Assembly: GCA_009927485.1 (NCBI GenBank) | Contig: RFMW01000091.1 | Span: 12,319 to 76,318 of the forward strand | Direction: 5' to 3' | Source: Sphingobacteriia bacterium | GTDB taxonomy: Bacteria; Bacteroidota; Bacteroidia; UBA7662 | Length of the DNA stretch: 64,000 nucleotides | In this document: positions 46,800-58,154 of the stretch, in pieces | Position numbering within the stretch: position 1 is the stretch's first letter | How the letters are laid out: every line of letters begins with the position of its first letter | Notes under the pieces: model-generated | What the model saw: only the letters and a program-made list of their open reading frames with translations | Told to the model about the DNA's origin: nothing | The model's database searches: none | Position numbers and translations under genes: made by a program

Positions 46800-48806
46800 T
46801 TATTTGATAATTTGAAGGGGGCCGTAAACCGGATCTTTGTCGATCACCCTCACGGTGTAATAGTAATTTCCTGCCGGCAGATTGGTAGGCGACCAATCGT
46901 TACGATAGTCCTCGCTGCTAAATACCAACTGGTTCCAACGATCAAAGATGGCGACTTTGGTTCCGGGGAAATAATCAATATCCTTGATCGTGAAATTATC
47001 ATTTGCCCCATCCCCGTTGGGCGTAATCACGTTGAAAACAATCACGGGGCGATCGATGATATCAAAGAAAATACGGTTTGAGTGTGCCACCAAAGAACTG
47101 TCGTCGTTCACCGCTTGAACCCAAAGCCGGTACCTCCCTAGTTTGGTTCCTTTCTGAATTCCGAAGGTAGTATCGGTGGTGGAGCCAACCCATAATCCCA
47201 CTGTATCATTGACTGCAGTGACAAAGACATTGTACTTCGAATTAGGCCAACCTTTGTAAGCCGGCCAACGAATTAGTCCTACTCCCCTGTTCCCGTTGTT
47301 AAGGGTCGTATCTCCTGCCTGCAGAAAAATATTATTGACCGAATCCCCAAAATCGGTTTGCCCGTAGTATTTCATTTCCAAAACGGCTAAAAAATCACGA
47401 GGCCCTTCGGTGGGGTCTTGAACGGTGGTGGTCAAGACGGTGTCTTGGAGGTTAGCCACCGAAGCAAACCGGTACCAGCGAGACGAGTTTAGGCTGTCGT
47501 TTTTGTAAAGAATGTAACGCTTAAAAAACGTGGTGTCAAAATTTTCTGGGGTCGACCAGGTGAGCACAATATCCCGGTTGTTGGGCTGAACGTCCACATT
47601 GCGCATGCGGATTGGGGTATTGTACTCGTAACAGGTGTTCAATCGAACAATTATCGTGTCAAATTCCTGAGTCCCGGAACCACAATCTCCCAACAGCGTG
47701 TTGTTATCCAAACCCCTTCGGATCACCAAATGGTGGTCGCCATTGACCAGAAAATCAATCGCGGACTCCACCGTGATCGAATCCACGCGGTTACCGTTGC
47801 ATGTAAAGGACACCTTCCGGATTTGCATCAACTGCCCCGCAGGATCGTACAGCCGGAAGTCTGTTCCGTTGGTATCAATGCTGCTGCATATGAGCGCACC
47901 GGATTTGGCCTTGAGGCCAATGAGCTTGGAATAGCATGGAGGATTGACCACCGGCCAGCGAGAAGTGGTATCGATGGATTTAAAACCACCAAAATAAATA
48001 CCTTGGCATTGCCCAATGGGCGAGAACAACCATCCTTCGCTCTGAGAAGAATTAGGGTAGGTTAAGCCTGGCGTCGTAGGAGAAACCACCCATTGGGTGG
48101 AATTGCGGGACCATGCTGGTAGCGGTGCGCCGATATTGGCACTGTTCACCACATAGGCTACCGTGCCTGTTGCATTATGGAGCCCCAGGACCGCGGTGCC
48201 GCCTGCCCACGTTGTGCAATTGGGTTTGTTGTCGATATGAATTTCAATGGTGTTGTTGCATTCGTTCAAAACTATTTGAAAGGTCCCTTGCAATGAGGTG
48301 CACTGGAACATGGGCAATTGAAGGTAGGAAACCACCAATTTGCGGTTGGGATAAGAACCTACCGTTTGGTACGAAATCGTGCCATTTCCATTCAGGTTGG
48401 ACCACCAATCTTGCCATGGACCCATGACACAATTCTTGGGCACGGTGGCACCGGTGCTCGGAATGGACGCTGAGGTGTACGTCGTCGGCTGACCGGGAGA
48501 GAAGCTAATCCAGCCGTTGGTCCCTACCCAAAACTGGGTGTAGTTGTTCCCGAAATAACAGAACGAGAATCCGATTTGGTAAGGACCAGCGACTCCATCA
48601 TCGGCGCTGCTGAATTCCCCGGTCAAAGCAGCACCCGCATAGGGCATGGGCGAAAAAGGAATTGTACTGATGGCATAGGTTTGAGCCGTGACGTTTCCAC
48701 CAGACAAGGTAAGCAGGGCCATGCACATCAAACCCCGAAATCCAGGGAAGAATGCAGGCACCTTGATGCGTTGAAAAATAGATTTCAAGGAATGACTTTT
48801 AGACAA
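46800..48806 (-). CDS. secreted protein with T9SS type-B (CHU_C) C-terminal domain, paralog
   Basis: C-terminal FNVITPNGDGANDNFTIKDIDYFPGTKVAIFDRWNQLVFSSEDYRNDW...AGNYYYTVRVIDKD. The start could be the internal ATG near 48728 (MALLTLSGG signal). Confidence 0.75.
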   Translation of the reverse strand: MSKSHSLKSIFQRIKVPAFFPGFRGLMCMALLTLSGGNVTAQTYAISTIPFSPMPYAGAALTGEFSSADDGVAGPYQIGFSFCYFGNNYTQFWVGTNGWISFSPGQPTTYTSASIPSTGATVPKNCVMGPWQDWWSNLNGNGTISYQTVGSYPNRKLVVSYLQLPMFQCTSLQGTFQIVLNECNNTIEIHIDNKPNCTTWAGGTAVLGLHNATGTVAYVVNSANIGAPLPAWSRNSTQWVVSPTTPGLTYPNSSQSEGWLFSPIGQCQGIYFGGFKSIDTTSRWPVVNPPCYSKLIGLKAKSGALICSSIDTNGTDFRLYDPAGQLMQIRKVSFTCNGNRVDSITVESAIDFLVNGDHHLVIRRGLDNNTLLGDCGSGTQEFDTIIVRLNTCYEYNTPIRMRNVDVQPNNRDIVLTWSTPENFDTTFFKRYILYKNDSLNSSRWYRFASVANLQDTVLTTTVQDPTEGPRDFLAVLEMKYYGQTDFGDSVNNIFLQAGDTTLNNGNRGVGLIRWPAYKGWPNSKYNVFVTAVNDTVGLWVGSTTDTTFGIQKGTKLGRYRLWVQAVNDDSSLVAHSNRIFFDIIDRPVIVFNVITPNGDGANDNFTIKDIDYFPGTKVAIFDRWNQLVFSSEDYRNDWSPTNLPAGNYYYTVRVIDKDPVYGPLQIIK

Positions 48807-48920
48807 ACCGAAAATTAAGACCGTTTAGGGCTAAAAAAGTATTTTCAGAGCTCCAAAGGAAGGTTTAATCTGCTTTTAAAATACCCCTTTGGCGGAGATA
48901 TTAAGTACTTTTGTGGCCGA

Positions 48921-50708
48921 ATGAAGCATATCCGGAATTTTTGTATTATCGCCCATATTGACCACGGGAAAAGCACCCTGGCTGATCGTTTACTCCAAAT
49001 CACCCACACGGTGGAGGACAGGGATCTTCAAGCCCAGACCCTCGACGACATGGATTTGGAACGTGAACGGGGTATCACCATCAAAAGCCATGCGATCCAA
49101 ATGAATTATAGGCTTGATAATCAAGACTATATTTTGAATTTGATTGATACTCCCGGCCACGTGGATTTCTCCTACGAGGTCTCCAGAGCCATCGCATCCT
49201 GCGAGGGCGCCTTGCTCATTGTGGATGCCTCTCAAGGCATCGAAGCGCAAACCATATCCAACCTTTATCTTGCCTTGGAGCATGATTTGGAAATTATTCC
49301 AGTCCTGAACAAGATGGACTTACCTTCCGCCTCTCCCGAGGAGGTCAAAGACCAAATTGTCGAGCTCATCGGTTGCCAACGAGAAGATATTCTCCCTGCA
49401 AGTGGTAAAACCGGCCTTGGTGTGGACAAAGTCCTCGAGGCCATCGTCCAAAGAATCCCTCCTCCCCAAGGAGACCCTTCTGCGCCCTTGCAGGCCTTGA
49501 TTTTTGACTCCATGTACAACAATTATCGAGGGGTGGTCGCCTATTTCAGGGTATTTAACGGAAGAATCCGTAGCGGCGAAAAGGTGAAGTTCTTCAATTC
49601 CGGGAAGGAATACGGGGCGGATGAGATCGGAATCCTCAAAATGAAGCCCCAACCCCGAGAGTACGTCGAAACTGGCGATGTGGGCTACATCATTTCGGGG
49701 ATCAAACAAGCCAAAGAAGTCCAGGTGGGCGATACCATCACCAGTCTTGAACGACCCTGCGAAGAAGGAATCAAAGGTTTTGAAGAGGTTAAACCCATGG
49801 TTTTTGCTGGAATTTACCCTGTAGATACCGAAGATTATGAGGAACTTAGGGACTCCATGGAAAAGCTTCAATTGAACGATGCTTCCTTGGTCTTTGAGCC
49901 CGAATCTTCGGCGGCATTGGGCTTTGGGTTCCGATGCGGATTCCTGGGGATGTTGCATATGGAAATCATCCAAGAGCGATTGGAGCGGGAATTCAACATG
50001 ACCGTCATCACCACCGTTCCCAACGTATCGTATTTCTGCATGACCACCAAGGGGGAAATGCTCACCGTCAACAACCCTTCCGATCTACCCGATCCAAGCC
50101 ATATTGACTTTATTGAAGAACCCTATATTCACGCCCAGGTCATCACCAAGGCGGACTATATAGGGCCCGTTATCGCCCTGTGCATGCACAAACGTGGCGT
50201 GATCACCAACCAGACCTACCTCAGCAGTGACCGAGTCGAGATCACCTTTGATATGCCGCTTGGGGAAATCGTCTTTGACTTCTACGATAAACTCAAGACC
50301 ATATCCCGCGGTTATGCCTCCTTCGATTACCATTTGATCGGATACCGCCAATCCAAATTGGTGCGCATGGATATACGGCTCAACAGCGAGCCGGTGGATG
50401 CCCTGTCCGCCCTGATTCATGCCGACAAAGCCTATGATCTGGGCAAGAAAATGTGTGAAAAACTACGGGAACTCCTCACCCGTCAGCAGTTTGAAGTCGC
50501 TATCCAAGCCTCCATTGGCGCCAAAATCATCGCTCGAGAAACCCTCAAAGCCCTGCGCAAAGATGTAACGGCCAAATGTTACGGAGGAGACATTTCCCGT
50601 AAGCGCAAGCTTCTCGAAAAACAGAAAAAGGGCAAAAAACGCATGCGCCAAGTAGGCAATGTCGAAATACCCCAAAGTGCTTTTTTGGCGGTGCTCAAAT
50701 TGGATTAA
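48921..50708 (+). CDS. lepA: translation elongation factor 4
   Basis: [23 protein letters not shown]1 motif. DTPGHVDF. LepA-specific C-terminal domain. 595 aa. Confidence 0.95.
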   Translation: MKHIRNFCIIAHIDHGKSTLADRLLQITHTVEDRDLQAQTLDDMDLERERGITIKSHAIQMNYRLDNQDYILNLIDTPGHVDFSYEVSRAIASCEGALLIVDASQGIEAQTISNLYLALEHDLEIIPVLNKMDLPSASPEEVKDQIVELIGCQREDILPASGKTGLGVDKVLEAIVQRIPPPQGDPSAPLQALIFDSMYNNYRGVVAYFRVFNGRIRSGEKVKFFNSGKEYGADEIGILKMKPQPREYVETGDVGYIISGIKQAKEVQVGDTITSLERPCEEGIKGFEEVKPMVFAGIYPVDTEDYEELRDSMEKLQLNDASLVFEPESSAALGFGFRCGFLGMLHMEIIQERLEREFNMTVITTVPNVSYFCMTTKGEMLTVNNPSDLPDPSHIDFIEEPYIHAQVITKADYIGPVIALCMHKRGVITNQTYLSSDRVEITFDMPLGEIVFDFYDKLKTISRGYASFDYHLIGYRQSKLVRMDIRLNSEPVDALSALIHADKAYDLGKKMCEKLRELLTRQQFEVAIQASIGAKIIARETLKALRKDVTAKCYGGDISRKRKLLEKQKKGKKRMRQVGNVEIPQSAFLAVLKLD

Positions 50709-50731
50709 AACGTTAGTCAACCATCTTACAA

Positions 50732-51613
50732 ATGTCTTCCCCCCTACTTCTTGACGGCAAAGGCACTGCCGCACAAATTCGAGAAGAATTGAAGGTGGCC
50801 AACACCCAGCGCAGGGCGGCAGGCCATCGACCCCCTTTGTTGGCAGCCGTTTTGGTGGGGAACGATGGTGGTAGTGAATCGTACGTCGCGCACAAAATCA
50901 AGGCCTGTGCCGAGGTAGGCTTCGAGTCCAGGCTGCTACGGTTCGCATCCGATATCAGTCAAGAGGAACTCCTGTCGGTGGTGAATGGACTCAACCACGA
51001 TGACCGAGTGGATGGATTCATCGTACAACTCCCTTTGCCTCCCCACATCGATGCCCAAGTCATCAACCTGGCCATTGATCCCACCAAAGATGTGGACGGT
51101 TTTCACCCCGTCAATGTCGGGCGCATGGCCTTAGGCCTCCCTGCCTTTTTGCCGGCCACCCCTTCGGGGATTTGTGAATTGTTACGAAGAAACGGTATCG
51201 TCACCGGCGGGATGCATGCCGTGATCCTTGGTCGGAGCGCCATCGTGGGTTCTCCCCTGGCGCAGCTGTTGGCGAGGCCCGGAGAACCAGGCAATTGCAC
51301 GGTTACCCTCTGCCATTCGAAAACCCAAGATCTCAAGGAGCATTGCTTGAGAGCGGATTTGTTGGTGGCGGCCATGGGGAAACCAGGCTTTGTCACGGCC
51401 GACATGGTCAAACCCAGTGCAGTCGTGGTGGATGTGGGGACTACCCGGGTTGAAGACCGCCACAGACCGTCAGGCTTTGTCCTTCGTGGGGATGTGGCCT
51501 TCGACGAAGTTGCTCCCCTGTGCAGGGCAATCACCCCTGTTCCCGGTGGCGTAGGCCCTATGACCATCGCGAGCCTCTTGACCAATACCTGGCAAGCCGC
51601 AAACGCCTCTTAA
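50732..51613 (+). CDS. folD: bifunctional methylenetetrahydrofolate dehydrogenase / methenyl-THF cyclohydrolase
   Basis: YVAHKIKAC...GRSAIVGSPLAQLL...PVPGGVGPMTIA motifs. 293 aa. Confidence 0.9.
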   Translation: MSSPLLLDGKGTAAQIREELKVANTQRRAAGHRPPLLAAVLVGNDGGSESYVAHKIKACAEVGFESRLLRFASDISQEELLSVVNGLNHDDRVDGFIVQLPLPPHIDAQVINLAIDPTKDVDGFHPVNVGRMALGLPAFLPATPSGICELLRRNGIVTGGMHAVILGRSAIVGSPLAQLLARPGEPGNCTVTLCHSKTQDLKEHCLRADLLVAAMGKPGFVTADMVKPSAVVVDVGTTRVEDRHRPSGFVLRGDVAFDEVAPLCRAITPVPGGVGPMTIASLLTNTWQAANAS

Positions 51614-51634
51614 ACTCCCTTTCCCACCCCCAAA

Positions 51635-52267
51635 ATGGCGGCCCAAGTCGCAAAACCCAGCCCGCAATCGGTTCAGTTACCGATCATGGAGCAGTTTCTT
51701 AGTTTGCAAGGGGAAGGAAGAAATACCGGTCAAGTCGCCTATTTCATTCGCCTTGCGGGTTGCGATGTAGGATGTGTTTGGTGCGATGTCAAAGCCTCTT
51801 GGGATGCCGAGAAACACCCGTTGCGAAGCGTGGACGAATTGGTCCATGATGCCCTTCGTTCGGGTTCTCCTAACATTGTTATTACAGGAGGTGAACCCTC
51901 CCTCTATGACCTTACGGAATTAAGCAAGCAACTGCGGGCTGCAGGGCTGCAGGTATGGCTGGAAACTGCCGGGGTCCACCCCCTTCGTGGTGAATTTGAC
52001 TGGATCTGTCTCTCCCCCAAAAAGTTCAAAGCTCCCCTACCGGAGTGCTTATCCGTTGCTAATGAATTCAAAGTCGTCGTTTATCATCCCTCCGATATGC
52101 CATGGGCCTTAGGTTTTTTGGACCAACTCCATCAAGATTGCCTTCTGTATGTACAGCCGGAATGGGACAAGAGGCTTAGCATGACCCCGCATCTTCTGCA
52201 ATTTCTTCAGGAGAACCCCCGGTGGACCTTGTCCTTGCAAACACATAAATATCTTGACATTCCCTAA
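51635..52267 (+). CDS. queE: 7-carboxy-7-deazaguanine synthase (radical SAM)
   Basis: FLSLQGEGRNTGQVAYFIRLAGCDVGCVWCD. The Cx14CxxC radical-SAM variant is typical of QueE. 210 aa. Confidence 0.85.
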   Translation: MAAQVAKPSPQSVQLPIMEQFLSLQGEGRNTGQVAYFIRLAGCDVGCVWCDVKASWDAEKHPLRSVDELVHDALRSGSPNIVITGGEPSLYDLTELSKQLRAAGLQVWLETAGVHPLRGEFDWICLSPKKFKAPLPECLSVANEFKVVVYHPSDMPWALGFLDQLHQDCLLYVQPEWDKRLSMTPHLLQFLQENPRWTLSLQTHKYLDIP

Positions 52268-54143
52268 TATTTCTTGGAACAGGGACGCTTTGAGAAAGGC
52301 CCTTTTGAGGAGCCCTGTGGGGATCCTGGGGTTAGGATGGCTCCTTGTCTTGGGTTTGGGATCGTGGGCCTACGCACAAAATGACGATTTGATTTTCGTC
52401 GATCAACGCAAAGCGGAAGCTTCTTTGGCCAAGGCCGTTGAGCCGGCCGCATTGGGCGAATACGCCAAGGCCTCGGGCAGGGTTGAGGCCGTTTGCCAAC
52501 AATACCCGGACTATGCCCCTGCTTGGCTGACCCTGGGCGAGCTTCGCTTGAAATTGCAAGAATGGGAGCCTGCGGTCAAGGCCTTCGAAAATTCCATTCG
52601 ACGACACCAAAGGCTTTCGATCAAGGCATACCACGGTTTGGCCCAAGCCGCAATGCAAATGGGCGATTATGAAAGCGTGCTGAAGCACTGTGTGGAGGTA
52701 CCTACCTTCCGATTGGCCTCCGAAGGTCAATTGAGAGATCTAGCCTTGTGGCGAAAACAAGCCCAATGGGCCATGGAGGCCATGAAGCGTCCTGAACCTT
52801 TCGACCTTCAAGCAGCGCCTTCATCATTGTTGGGCGATGGCGCCAGCTACCTTCCTTGTTTATGCCGCAACGGAACCCAAATTGTCTTTACGCGAAGGGG
52901 AACCGAAGGAGAAGATTTCTATGAGAGTCAATTGATCGACAGCAGTTGGCAGCAGGCCCATGCCTTGGAAAGCCCGCTCAATTCAGACCTGGATGAAGGA
53001 GGGTGTTGGCTGAGCCCTGATGGAAAAATGATTTGGTTTACAGGATGTTACAGGGATGGAGGCTTGGGTTCATGTGATTTGTATTACAGTATTCGAAAAG
53101 ACGGACGCTGGCAAAATGCCGTATGGGCCGGTTCGGTCATCAACTCCACCGGATGGGATGCGCAACCCACCTTGAGCAGCGATGGTTTGACCTTGTATTT
53201 TGCGAGCACACGCCAAGGCGGTTTGGGCGGCAGTGATTTGTGGGTTAGTTATGGGAAAGTAGATTCCACCGATTGGCCCCTGGACACCTTGGGAAACCCC
53301 GAGCCCATGCCCTGGTGGCAGTGGAAGGCCATGGAACCGGATAAACTCCTTTGGACCGAACCTGTACCCCTGGGGCCGGCATTGAACACCGCTTACAACG
53401 AGAACAGTCCCTACCTGCATCCTAACGGACGGGACCTGTACTTTGCTTCTGCCGGGAGGGAAGGCATGGGCAACATGGATTTATACAGGGCTCGAAAAAA
53501 AACAGGCCCTGTGGCGTCGGATACGATCGGGTGGTCAGCGGACTTTCTACGGCTCCGCAACCTGGGGGTACCCGTGGTCCTTTGGCACGAACCGGTCAAT
53601 TTGGGCTACCCCTTGAACACCCATGCAGACGAGATGGGATTCGTCTTGGAAGCGAACGGGAATTCCGCATGGATGAGCAGGCCGTACCAAGGACGCATCG
53701 CCTTGCATCGCCTTGGATTGACCAAATCTGCCTTGCCCTTAATGGATCCTGAAGTCCCAGTTTTGGCCCAAATTCCGGACACAATCGCTGGTCCCAAAGT
53801 TGATCGAGAATGGATCTTGCGCGATATTTATTTTGAGGTGAATGCCTCTACCCCGTTGCCCGATTCCAGGGAATCCTTGCTTCAATTGGCGGCCTGGATC
53901 AAGAAGAATCCGGAGCTACGCATCGAGATTCAGGGCCATACGGACAATACCGGTAACCTCGAAAAAAATCGAATGCTTTCGCAACAACGAGCAGACGCTG
54001 TGCTTCGCTCGCTGCTTGGTCAAGGTTGCGCAGCAGGCCAATTAAGCGCTGTGGGGTACGGCTCCTCACGTCCCATCGCCGGCAACAACAGCGCCGAAGG
54101 ACGAGCCCTCAATCGCCGTACGCAAATCAAGATTCTTCCTTAG
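52254..54143 (+). CDS. OmpA-family protein with N-terminal TPR and TolB-like beta-propeller repeats
   Basis: Signal peptide. TPR region. Repeated WD40-like/PD40 units (GGSDLWVS, GMGNMDLYRA). C-terminal OmpA domain (IQGHTDNTGNLEKNRMLSQQRADAV...GYGSSRPIA). Confidence 0.8.
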   Translation: MTFPNISWNRDALRKALLRSPVGILGLGWLLVLGLGSWAYAQNDDLIFVDQRKAEASLAKAVEPAALGEYAKASGRVEAVCQQYPDYAPAWLTLGELRLKLQEWEPAVKAFENSIRRHQRLSIKAYHGLAQAAMQMGDYESVLKHCVEVPTFRLASEGQLRDLALWRKQAQWAMEAMKRPEPFDLQAAPSSLLGDGASYLPCLCRNGTQIVFTRRGTEGEDFYESQLIDSSWQQAHALESPLNSDLDEGGCWLSPDGKMIWFTGCYRDGGLGSCDLYYSIRKDGRWQNAVWAGSVINSTGWDAQPTLSSDGLTLYFASTRQGGLGGSDLWVSYGKVDSTDWPLDTLGNPEPMPWWQWKAMEPDKLLWTEPVPLGPALNTAYNENSPYLHPNGRDLYFASAGREGMGNMDLYRARKKTGPVASDTIGWSADFLRLRNLGVPVVLWHEPVNLGYPLNTHADEMGFVLEANGNSAWMSRPYQGRIALHRLGLTKSALPLMDPEVPVLAQIPDTIAGPKVDREWILRDIYFEVNASTPLPDSRESLLQLAAWIKKNPELRIEIQGHTDNTGNLEKNRMLSQQRADAVLRSLLGQGCAAGQLSAVGYGSSRPIAGNNSAEGRALNRRTQIKILP

Positions 54144-54969
54144 CGAAGGAACGAACCGTTTGGTCCAAGGCCAATAACCGGTCCAACAAACGAGGTAATT
54201 GTGGAAGGGGTAACATATTGGCCCCATCGGATAAGGCAAGGGACGGATTAGGGTGGGTTTCCAAAAAAATGCCTTGGGCACCGCAGGCAATGGCAGCCTT
54301 GCCGATGGTCTCGATATATTCCGGAGTTCCCGCGGTCACTCCGCTTTCTTGATTGGGCTGCTGCAGGGAATGGGTGATGTCCACCACCACCGGATAGCCA
54401 AGATTCTGCATGCGCGGTATGGACCGAAAATCTACAATTAAATCATGATAACCAAATTGGGTTCCCCTTTCGGTAAGCCAAATCCGAGGATTGCCAAGGC
54501 GTGTTACCTTTTCGGCAGCGAATTTCATCGAGGAAGCGGACATGAATTGACCCTTCTTGATGTTAATCCAACGGCCTGTGCGGGCCGCAGCCTCCAATAA
54601 ATCGGTTTGCCGGGCGAGAAATGCCGGTATTTGCAGGACATCCACATGGTTCGCGGCCATGGAGGCCTCCTGCGCATCGTGAATATCGGTCAAAACCGGC
54701 AAGCGGTATCGCTCCCGAATGCGGCCAAGTACGGCCAAGGCTTCATGGTCACCGATGCCTGTAAAAGAGTTCGCCGATGAGCGATTGGCTTTGCGGTACG
54801 ATGCTTTGAAGATGTAAGGTAGATTGCGTTCCTTGCAAAGACCTTGTACCCTCTCGGCAACTTCTTGGCAGAGGTCTTCTGATTCCACAACGCATGGACC
54901 GGCGATCAAAAACATTCCGGAGTGACCGGCCTCCTTCAAGAAATCATCGTAAGCATCCAGCGAGGGCAT
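54127..54969 (-). CDS. kdsA: 3-deoxy-8-phosphooctulonate synthase
   Basis: FLIAGPCVVES...PYIFKASYRKANRSS. 280 aa. Convergent 17-bp overlap with the OmpA-family gene. Confidence 0.85.
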   Translation of the reverse strand: MPSLDAYDDFLKEAGHSGMFLIAGPCVVESEDLCQEVAERVQGLCKERNLPYIFKASYRKANRSSANSFTGIGDHEALAVLGRIRERYRLPVLTDIHDAQEASMAANHVDVLQIPAFLARQTDLLEAAARTGRWINIKKGQFMSASSMKFAAEKVTRLGNPRIWLTERGTQFGYHDLIVDFRSIPRMQNLGYPVVVDITHSLQQPNQESGVTAGTPEYIETIGKAAIACGAQGIFLETHPNPSLALSDGANMLPLPQLPRLLDRLLALDQTVRSFAKEES

Positions 54970-54975
54970 CTGTTT

Positions 54976-55719
54976 TTAATTGTTATAGGCTTTGCGCATT
55001 CCCCATATAGCCCACCACCTCAATTTAATCACCCCCCAAACCGCTTCTTTGATAATCCCCTTGGAAATCTTGCTGCTTCCCAAGGTCCGATCGGTGAAAA
55101 TGATGGGGACTTCTTTGATTTTGAAGCCAGCCATCCAAGCCTTGAACTTCATTTCAATTTGAAAGGCATACCCTACAAAGCGGATTTGCCGAAGATTGAT
55201 TTTCTCAAGGACAGGTCGGGTGTAGCATTTGAATCCGGCTGTGGCATCATGGATGGGCAGTCCCGTAATAAACTGAACATAACGGGAAGCAAAATAGGAC
55301 ATCATCACACGGCTCATGGGCCAATTCACCACATTAACCCCCGTAACATAGCGTGATCCAACGGCCATGTCGCAGTCTTCTTCGCGGCATGCCTCGTGCA
55401 ATCGCAGTAAATCGTCCGGGTTATGGGAAAAATCCGCATCGATCTCAAAGAAATATTGGTAATCCCGCTGCAAACCCCACTGAAAACCGGCGATGTAAGC
55501 GGTTCCCAAGCCCATTTTGCCCGACCGTGGCAGAAGGTGCACCCTCCCCGGGTTTTGGTGCATGACCTCACGGACCAAGTCCTGGGTGCCGTCCGGTGAC
55601 CCATCATCCACAACTAGGATTTCGAAGGGGTATGCCAGGCCAAGGACCTTGTTCAGAAAGGCCGTAATGTTCTCTTTCTCGTTGTAGGTGGGCACAATTA
55701 CCAGCGCGTCCGATGCCAT
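54976..55719 (-). CDS. GT2 polyprenol-phosphate mannosyltransferase (dolichol-phosphate mannose synthase-like)
   Basis: [13 protein letters not shown]...[10 protein letters not shown]...DADFSH (DXD) motifs of GT2 Dpm1-like enzymes. Confidence 0.8.
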   Translation of the reverse strand: MASDALVIVPTYNEKENITAFLNKVLGLAYPFEILVVDDGSPDGTQDLVREVMHQNPGRVHLLPRSGKMGLGTAYIAGFQWGLQRDYQYFFEIDADFSHNPDDLLRLHEACREEDCDMAVGSRYVTGVNVVNWPMSRVMMSYFASRYVQFITGLPIHDATAGFKCYTRPVLEKINLRQIRFVGYAFQIEMKFKAWMAGFKIKEVPIIFTDRTLGSSKISKGIIKEAVWGVIKLRWWAIWGMRKAYNN

Positions 55720-55789
55720 AGCCTGCAATTTACTTCAGAATTCCTCACCTTCCAATGCAAGGGCTGACCGCAGGGCCGTAAATTTGAAC

Positions 55790-56818
55790 ATGCGCAATCC
55801 CCATCTTGATGCCGAGGGTTTGGAATCCGTTCAGCCTGAACAGGAACAGGAAATTCAGCTGAGGCCCAAGACCTTTGGGGATTTTGCCGGGCAAGACAAG
55901 GTCATGGACAACCTCAAAGTCTTTGTGGCCGCGGCCTTGGGTCGGGGCGAGGCCTTGGACCATGTCTTGTTGCACGGACCTCCCGGATTGGGGAAAACCA
56001 CCTTGGCCCACCTCATTGCCAACGAGATGAAGGCGCAGATCAGGATCACCAGTGGTCCTGTTCTGGAAAAGCCAGGGGACTTGGCGGGCCTGTTAACCGG
56101 ACTGCAGGCAGGCGATGTGCTTTTCATCGACGAAATACACCGCCTCAGCCCGGTGGTGGAGGAATACCTTTATTCGGCCATGGAAGATTTCCGGATTGAT
56201 ATCATGATCGATAGCGGCCCCAATGCCCGTTCGGTGCAAATCGGTCTGCAACCCTTCACCTTGGTTGGAGCCACCACAAGGTCCGGTTTATTGACGGCAC
56301 CGCTTAGGGCACGGTTCGGCATCAATGCCCGATTGGAATACTACGATGCGGACTTGCTCGCCAAAATCATCGCACGTTCCTCGGCCATCCTGGGTGTCCC
56401 CATCGAAGGTCCAGGCGCCGAAGAACTCGCCCGGCGCAGCCGTGGCACCCCGCGAATCGCCAATGCATTGTTACGAAGAACCAGGGATTTTGCCCAAATC
56501 AAGGGACAAGGAATTATTAGCCAAGATATTGCCTCCATGGCCTTGGACGCATTGCAAGTGGATCATCACGGGTTGGACGAAATGGATAACCGTATTTTGA
56601 TGACCATTCACGAAAAATTCTCCGGGGGACCGGTCGGCCTCAACACCATCGCCACTGCAGTGAGTGAAGAAGCCGGGACCATTGAAGAAGTGTACGAACC
56701 TTTTTTGATTCAAGAAGGATACCTCAAAAGAACACCGCGGGGCCGAGAGCTCACCGAACGGGCCTACCGACACCTCGGCAAAATACCCCCTGCCCGGACG
56801 CCAAATTTGTTTGGCTAA
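55790..56818 (+). CDS. ruvB: Holliday junction branch migration helicase RuvB
   Basis: Walker [15 protein letters not shown]. Walker [10 protein letters not shown]. Sensor and winged-helix C-terminus. Start at the internal ATG (MRNPH) gives 342 aa. Confidence 0.9.
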   Translation: MRNPHLDAEGLESVQPEQEQEIQLRPKTFGDFAGQDKVMDNLKVFVAAALGRGEALDHVLLHGPPGLGKTTLAHLIANEMKAQIRITSGPVLEKPGDLAGLLTGLQAGDVLFIDEIHRLSPVVEEYLYSAMEDFRIDIMIDSGPNARSVQIGLQPFTLVGATTRSGLLTAPLRARFGINARLEYYDADLLAKIIARSSAILGVPIEGPGAEELARRSRGTPRIANALLRRTRDFAQIKGQGIISQDIASMALDALQVDHHGLDEMDNRILMTIHEKFSGGPVGLNTIATAVSEEAGTIEEVYEPFLIQEGYLKRTPRGRELTERAYRHLGKIPPARTPNLFG

Positions 56819-57549
56819 TTACGGGAATCCACCCCAGAGGATGCATAATAATCATCCACGCTGAAAAACCCTTTGCGTTGCTTCAGCCATTCGGCGGCAA
56901 GCACGGCCCCTACCCCGAAGGCGCGACGATGATGCGCCTGGTGTTCCAAAGAAATTTGCTCAAAAGCGCTTGAGGCCCGCAGCGTATGCGTTCCTACCTC
57001 CCCTTCCTTGCGATGGCTGATGACCGGCAAAATGTGGGGGTTGTCGGACAATTCCGGGGACCATTGCTGATAGCGGGTCGATAGGGACAGCAAATCCTGC
57101 GCTGTCTGGAGCGCAGTGCCGCTAGGGGAGTCCAATTTCTGCAAGTGATGAGCCTCGTGAAGTTCCAAATTAAATTCCGGTAACGCATCGAGCATGGCAG
57201 CAAGGCTACGACCCAACCTTCGGAAAATCTGAACACCGGGCGCAAAATTGGATGCCCATAACACGCTGCCCTCCAGTCGATCGCAAGTTTCTTGGATCTG
57301 AGGCAAACGATCGTACCAGCCCGTAGTCCCGATCACAACCGGCAAACCCTGTTCCAAGGCTGCAAGAACATGGGCATGAACCAGGTCTGGACGACTCATT
57401 TCAAAGACCATGTCCACTTCGTGCTTGGCCAAGGGCTTTACCCAGGGATGGGCCGAATCATGAACCGCCACCAGGCGATGCCCCCGCTCTTGGGCAATTT
57501 CCATCGTGACCTGGGCCAATTTCCCGTTGCCCAAAAAGACCAGGTTCAT
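56815..57549 (-). CDS. dapB: 4-hydroxy-tetrahydrodipicolinate reductase
   Basis: [13 protein letters not shown](P)-binding start, VIGTTGW, and [16 protein letters not shown] catalytic motif. The reading frame extends upstream to 57642 but the internal start fits the family length. Confidence 0.85.
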   Translation of the reverse strand: MNLVFLGNGKLAQVTMEIAQERGHRLVAVHDSAHPWVKPLAKHEVDMVFEMSRPDLVHAHVLAALEQGLPVVIGTTGWYDRLPQIQETCDRLEGSVLWASNFAPGVQIFRRLGRSLAAMLDALPEFNLELHEAHHLQKLDSPSGTALQTAQDLLSLSTRYQQWSPELSDNPHILPVISHRKEGEVGTHTLRASSAFEQISLEHQAHHRRAFGVGAVLAAEWLKQRKGFFSVDDYYASSGVDSRN

Positions 57550-57566
57550 GCTTCCAACAATTTGAA

Positions 57567-58154
57567 TTAAAAACGATAACGAAGACTCAAGGTGATGGGG
57601 TATCCTTTGGGAACCGCATGGGCGGTGGTGTACCCTTCCCAAGGATTCAGAGGAATCCTTGAAGGAGATGGGGCAGGAACCACGCTAAAATCCAAACGAT
57701 CAAAGGCTTTGAGATGAGCATCCACGTGGGCATCCAAAATCTGCAAGGCATAGGCCGCAAGGCTTAACAAAACGTAGGCATCGCGGCTTCTTCTTAACAA
57801 ATCTCTTTTTTGGATGAGGGAGGCTTCGGTATCCTTGCCCACAAAGGGATCCACCGTGTTGGGGTCGCCATCGGTCCGATCCCTGTAAGCGTTGCGGTAC
57901 GTAAGGTAGAGATCAGCGGTTTGAGAGGTTTGATACACCATGAAACCTATTCCGCCCCATACCACCGGAACCTTCCAATAGGCGCGGTTGGTGATTTGTC
58001 CCCAACCCGGAAGCAAGGCTGCGCGGAGTGTTACCTTGGAAGGGGATTGTACGTACAAGCTGTCCTGAGCATCCCCCGCATTGCAGGTGAATGAAAGTGC
58101 CCATACCCAGAGCCCTATGGCGAACACCTTTTTCACCCTACAGTGTCCCATCAA
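57567..58154 (-). CDS. DUF5683 domain-containing protein
   Basis: Signal peptide plus the LPGWGQITNRAYWKVPVVWGGIG motif typical of DUF5683. Conserved position between parB and dapB in Bacteroidetes. Confidence 0.65.
   Translation of the reverse strand: MMGHCRVKKVFAIGLWVWALSFTCNAGDAQDSLYVQSPSKVTLRAALLPGWGQITNRAYWKVPVVWGGIGFMVYQTSQTADLYLTYRNAYRDRTDGDPNTVDPFVGKDTEASLIQKRDLLRRSRDAYVLLSLAAYALQILDAHVDAHLKAFDRLDFSVVPAPSPSRIPLNPWEGYTTAHAVPKGYPITLSLRYRF

Noticed and set aside
46170-47081. 303-aa plus-strand ORF spanning the junction of the two T9SS type-B genes
   Set aside because: Antisense to both genes. Gly/Arg-rich low-complexity translation typical of a reverse frame.
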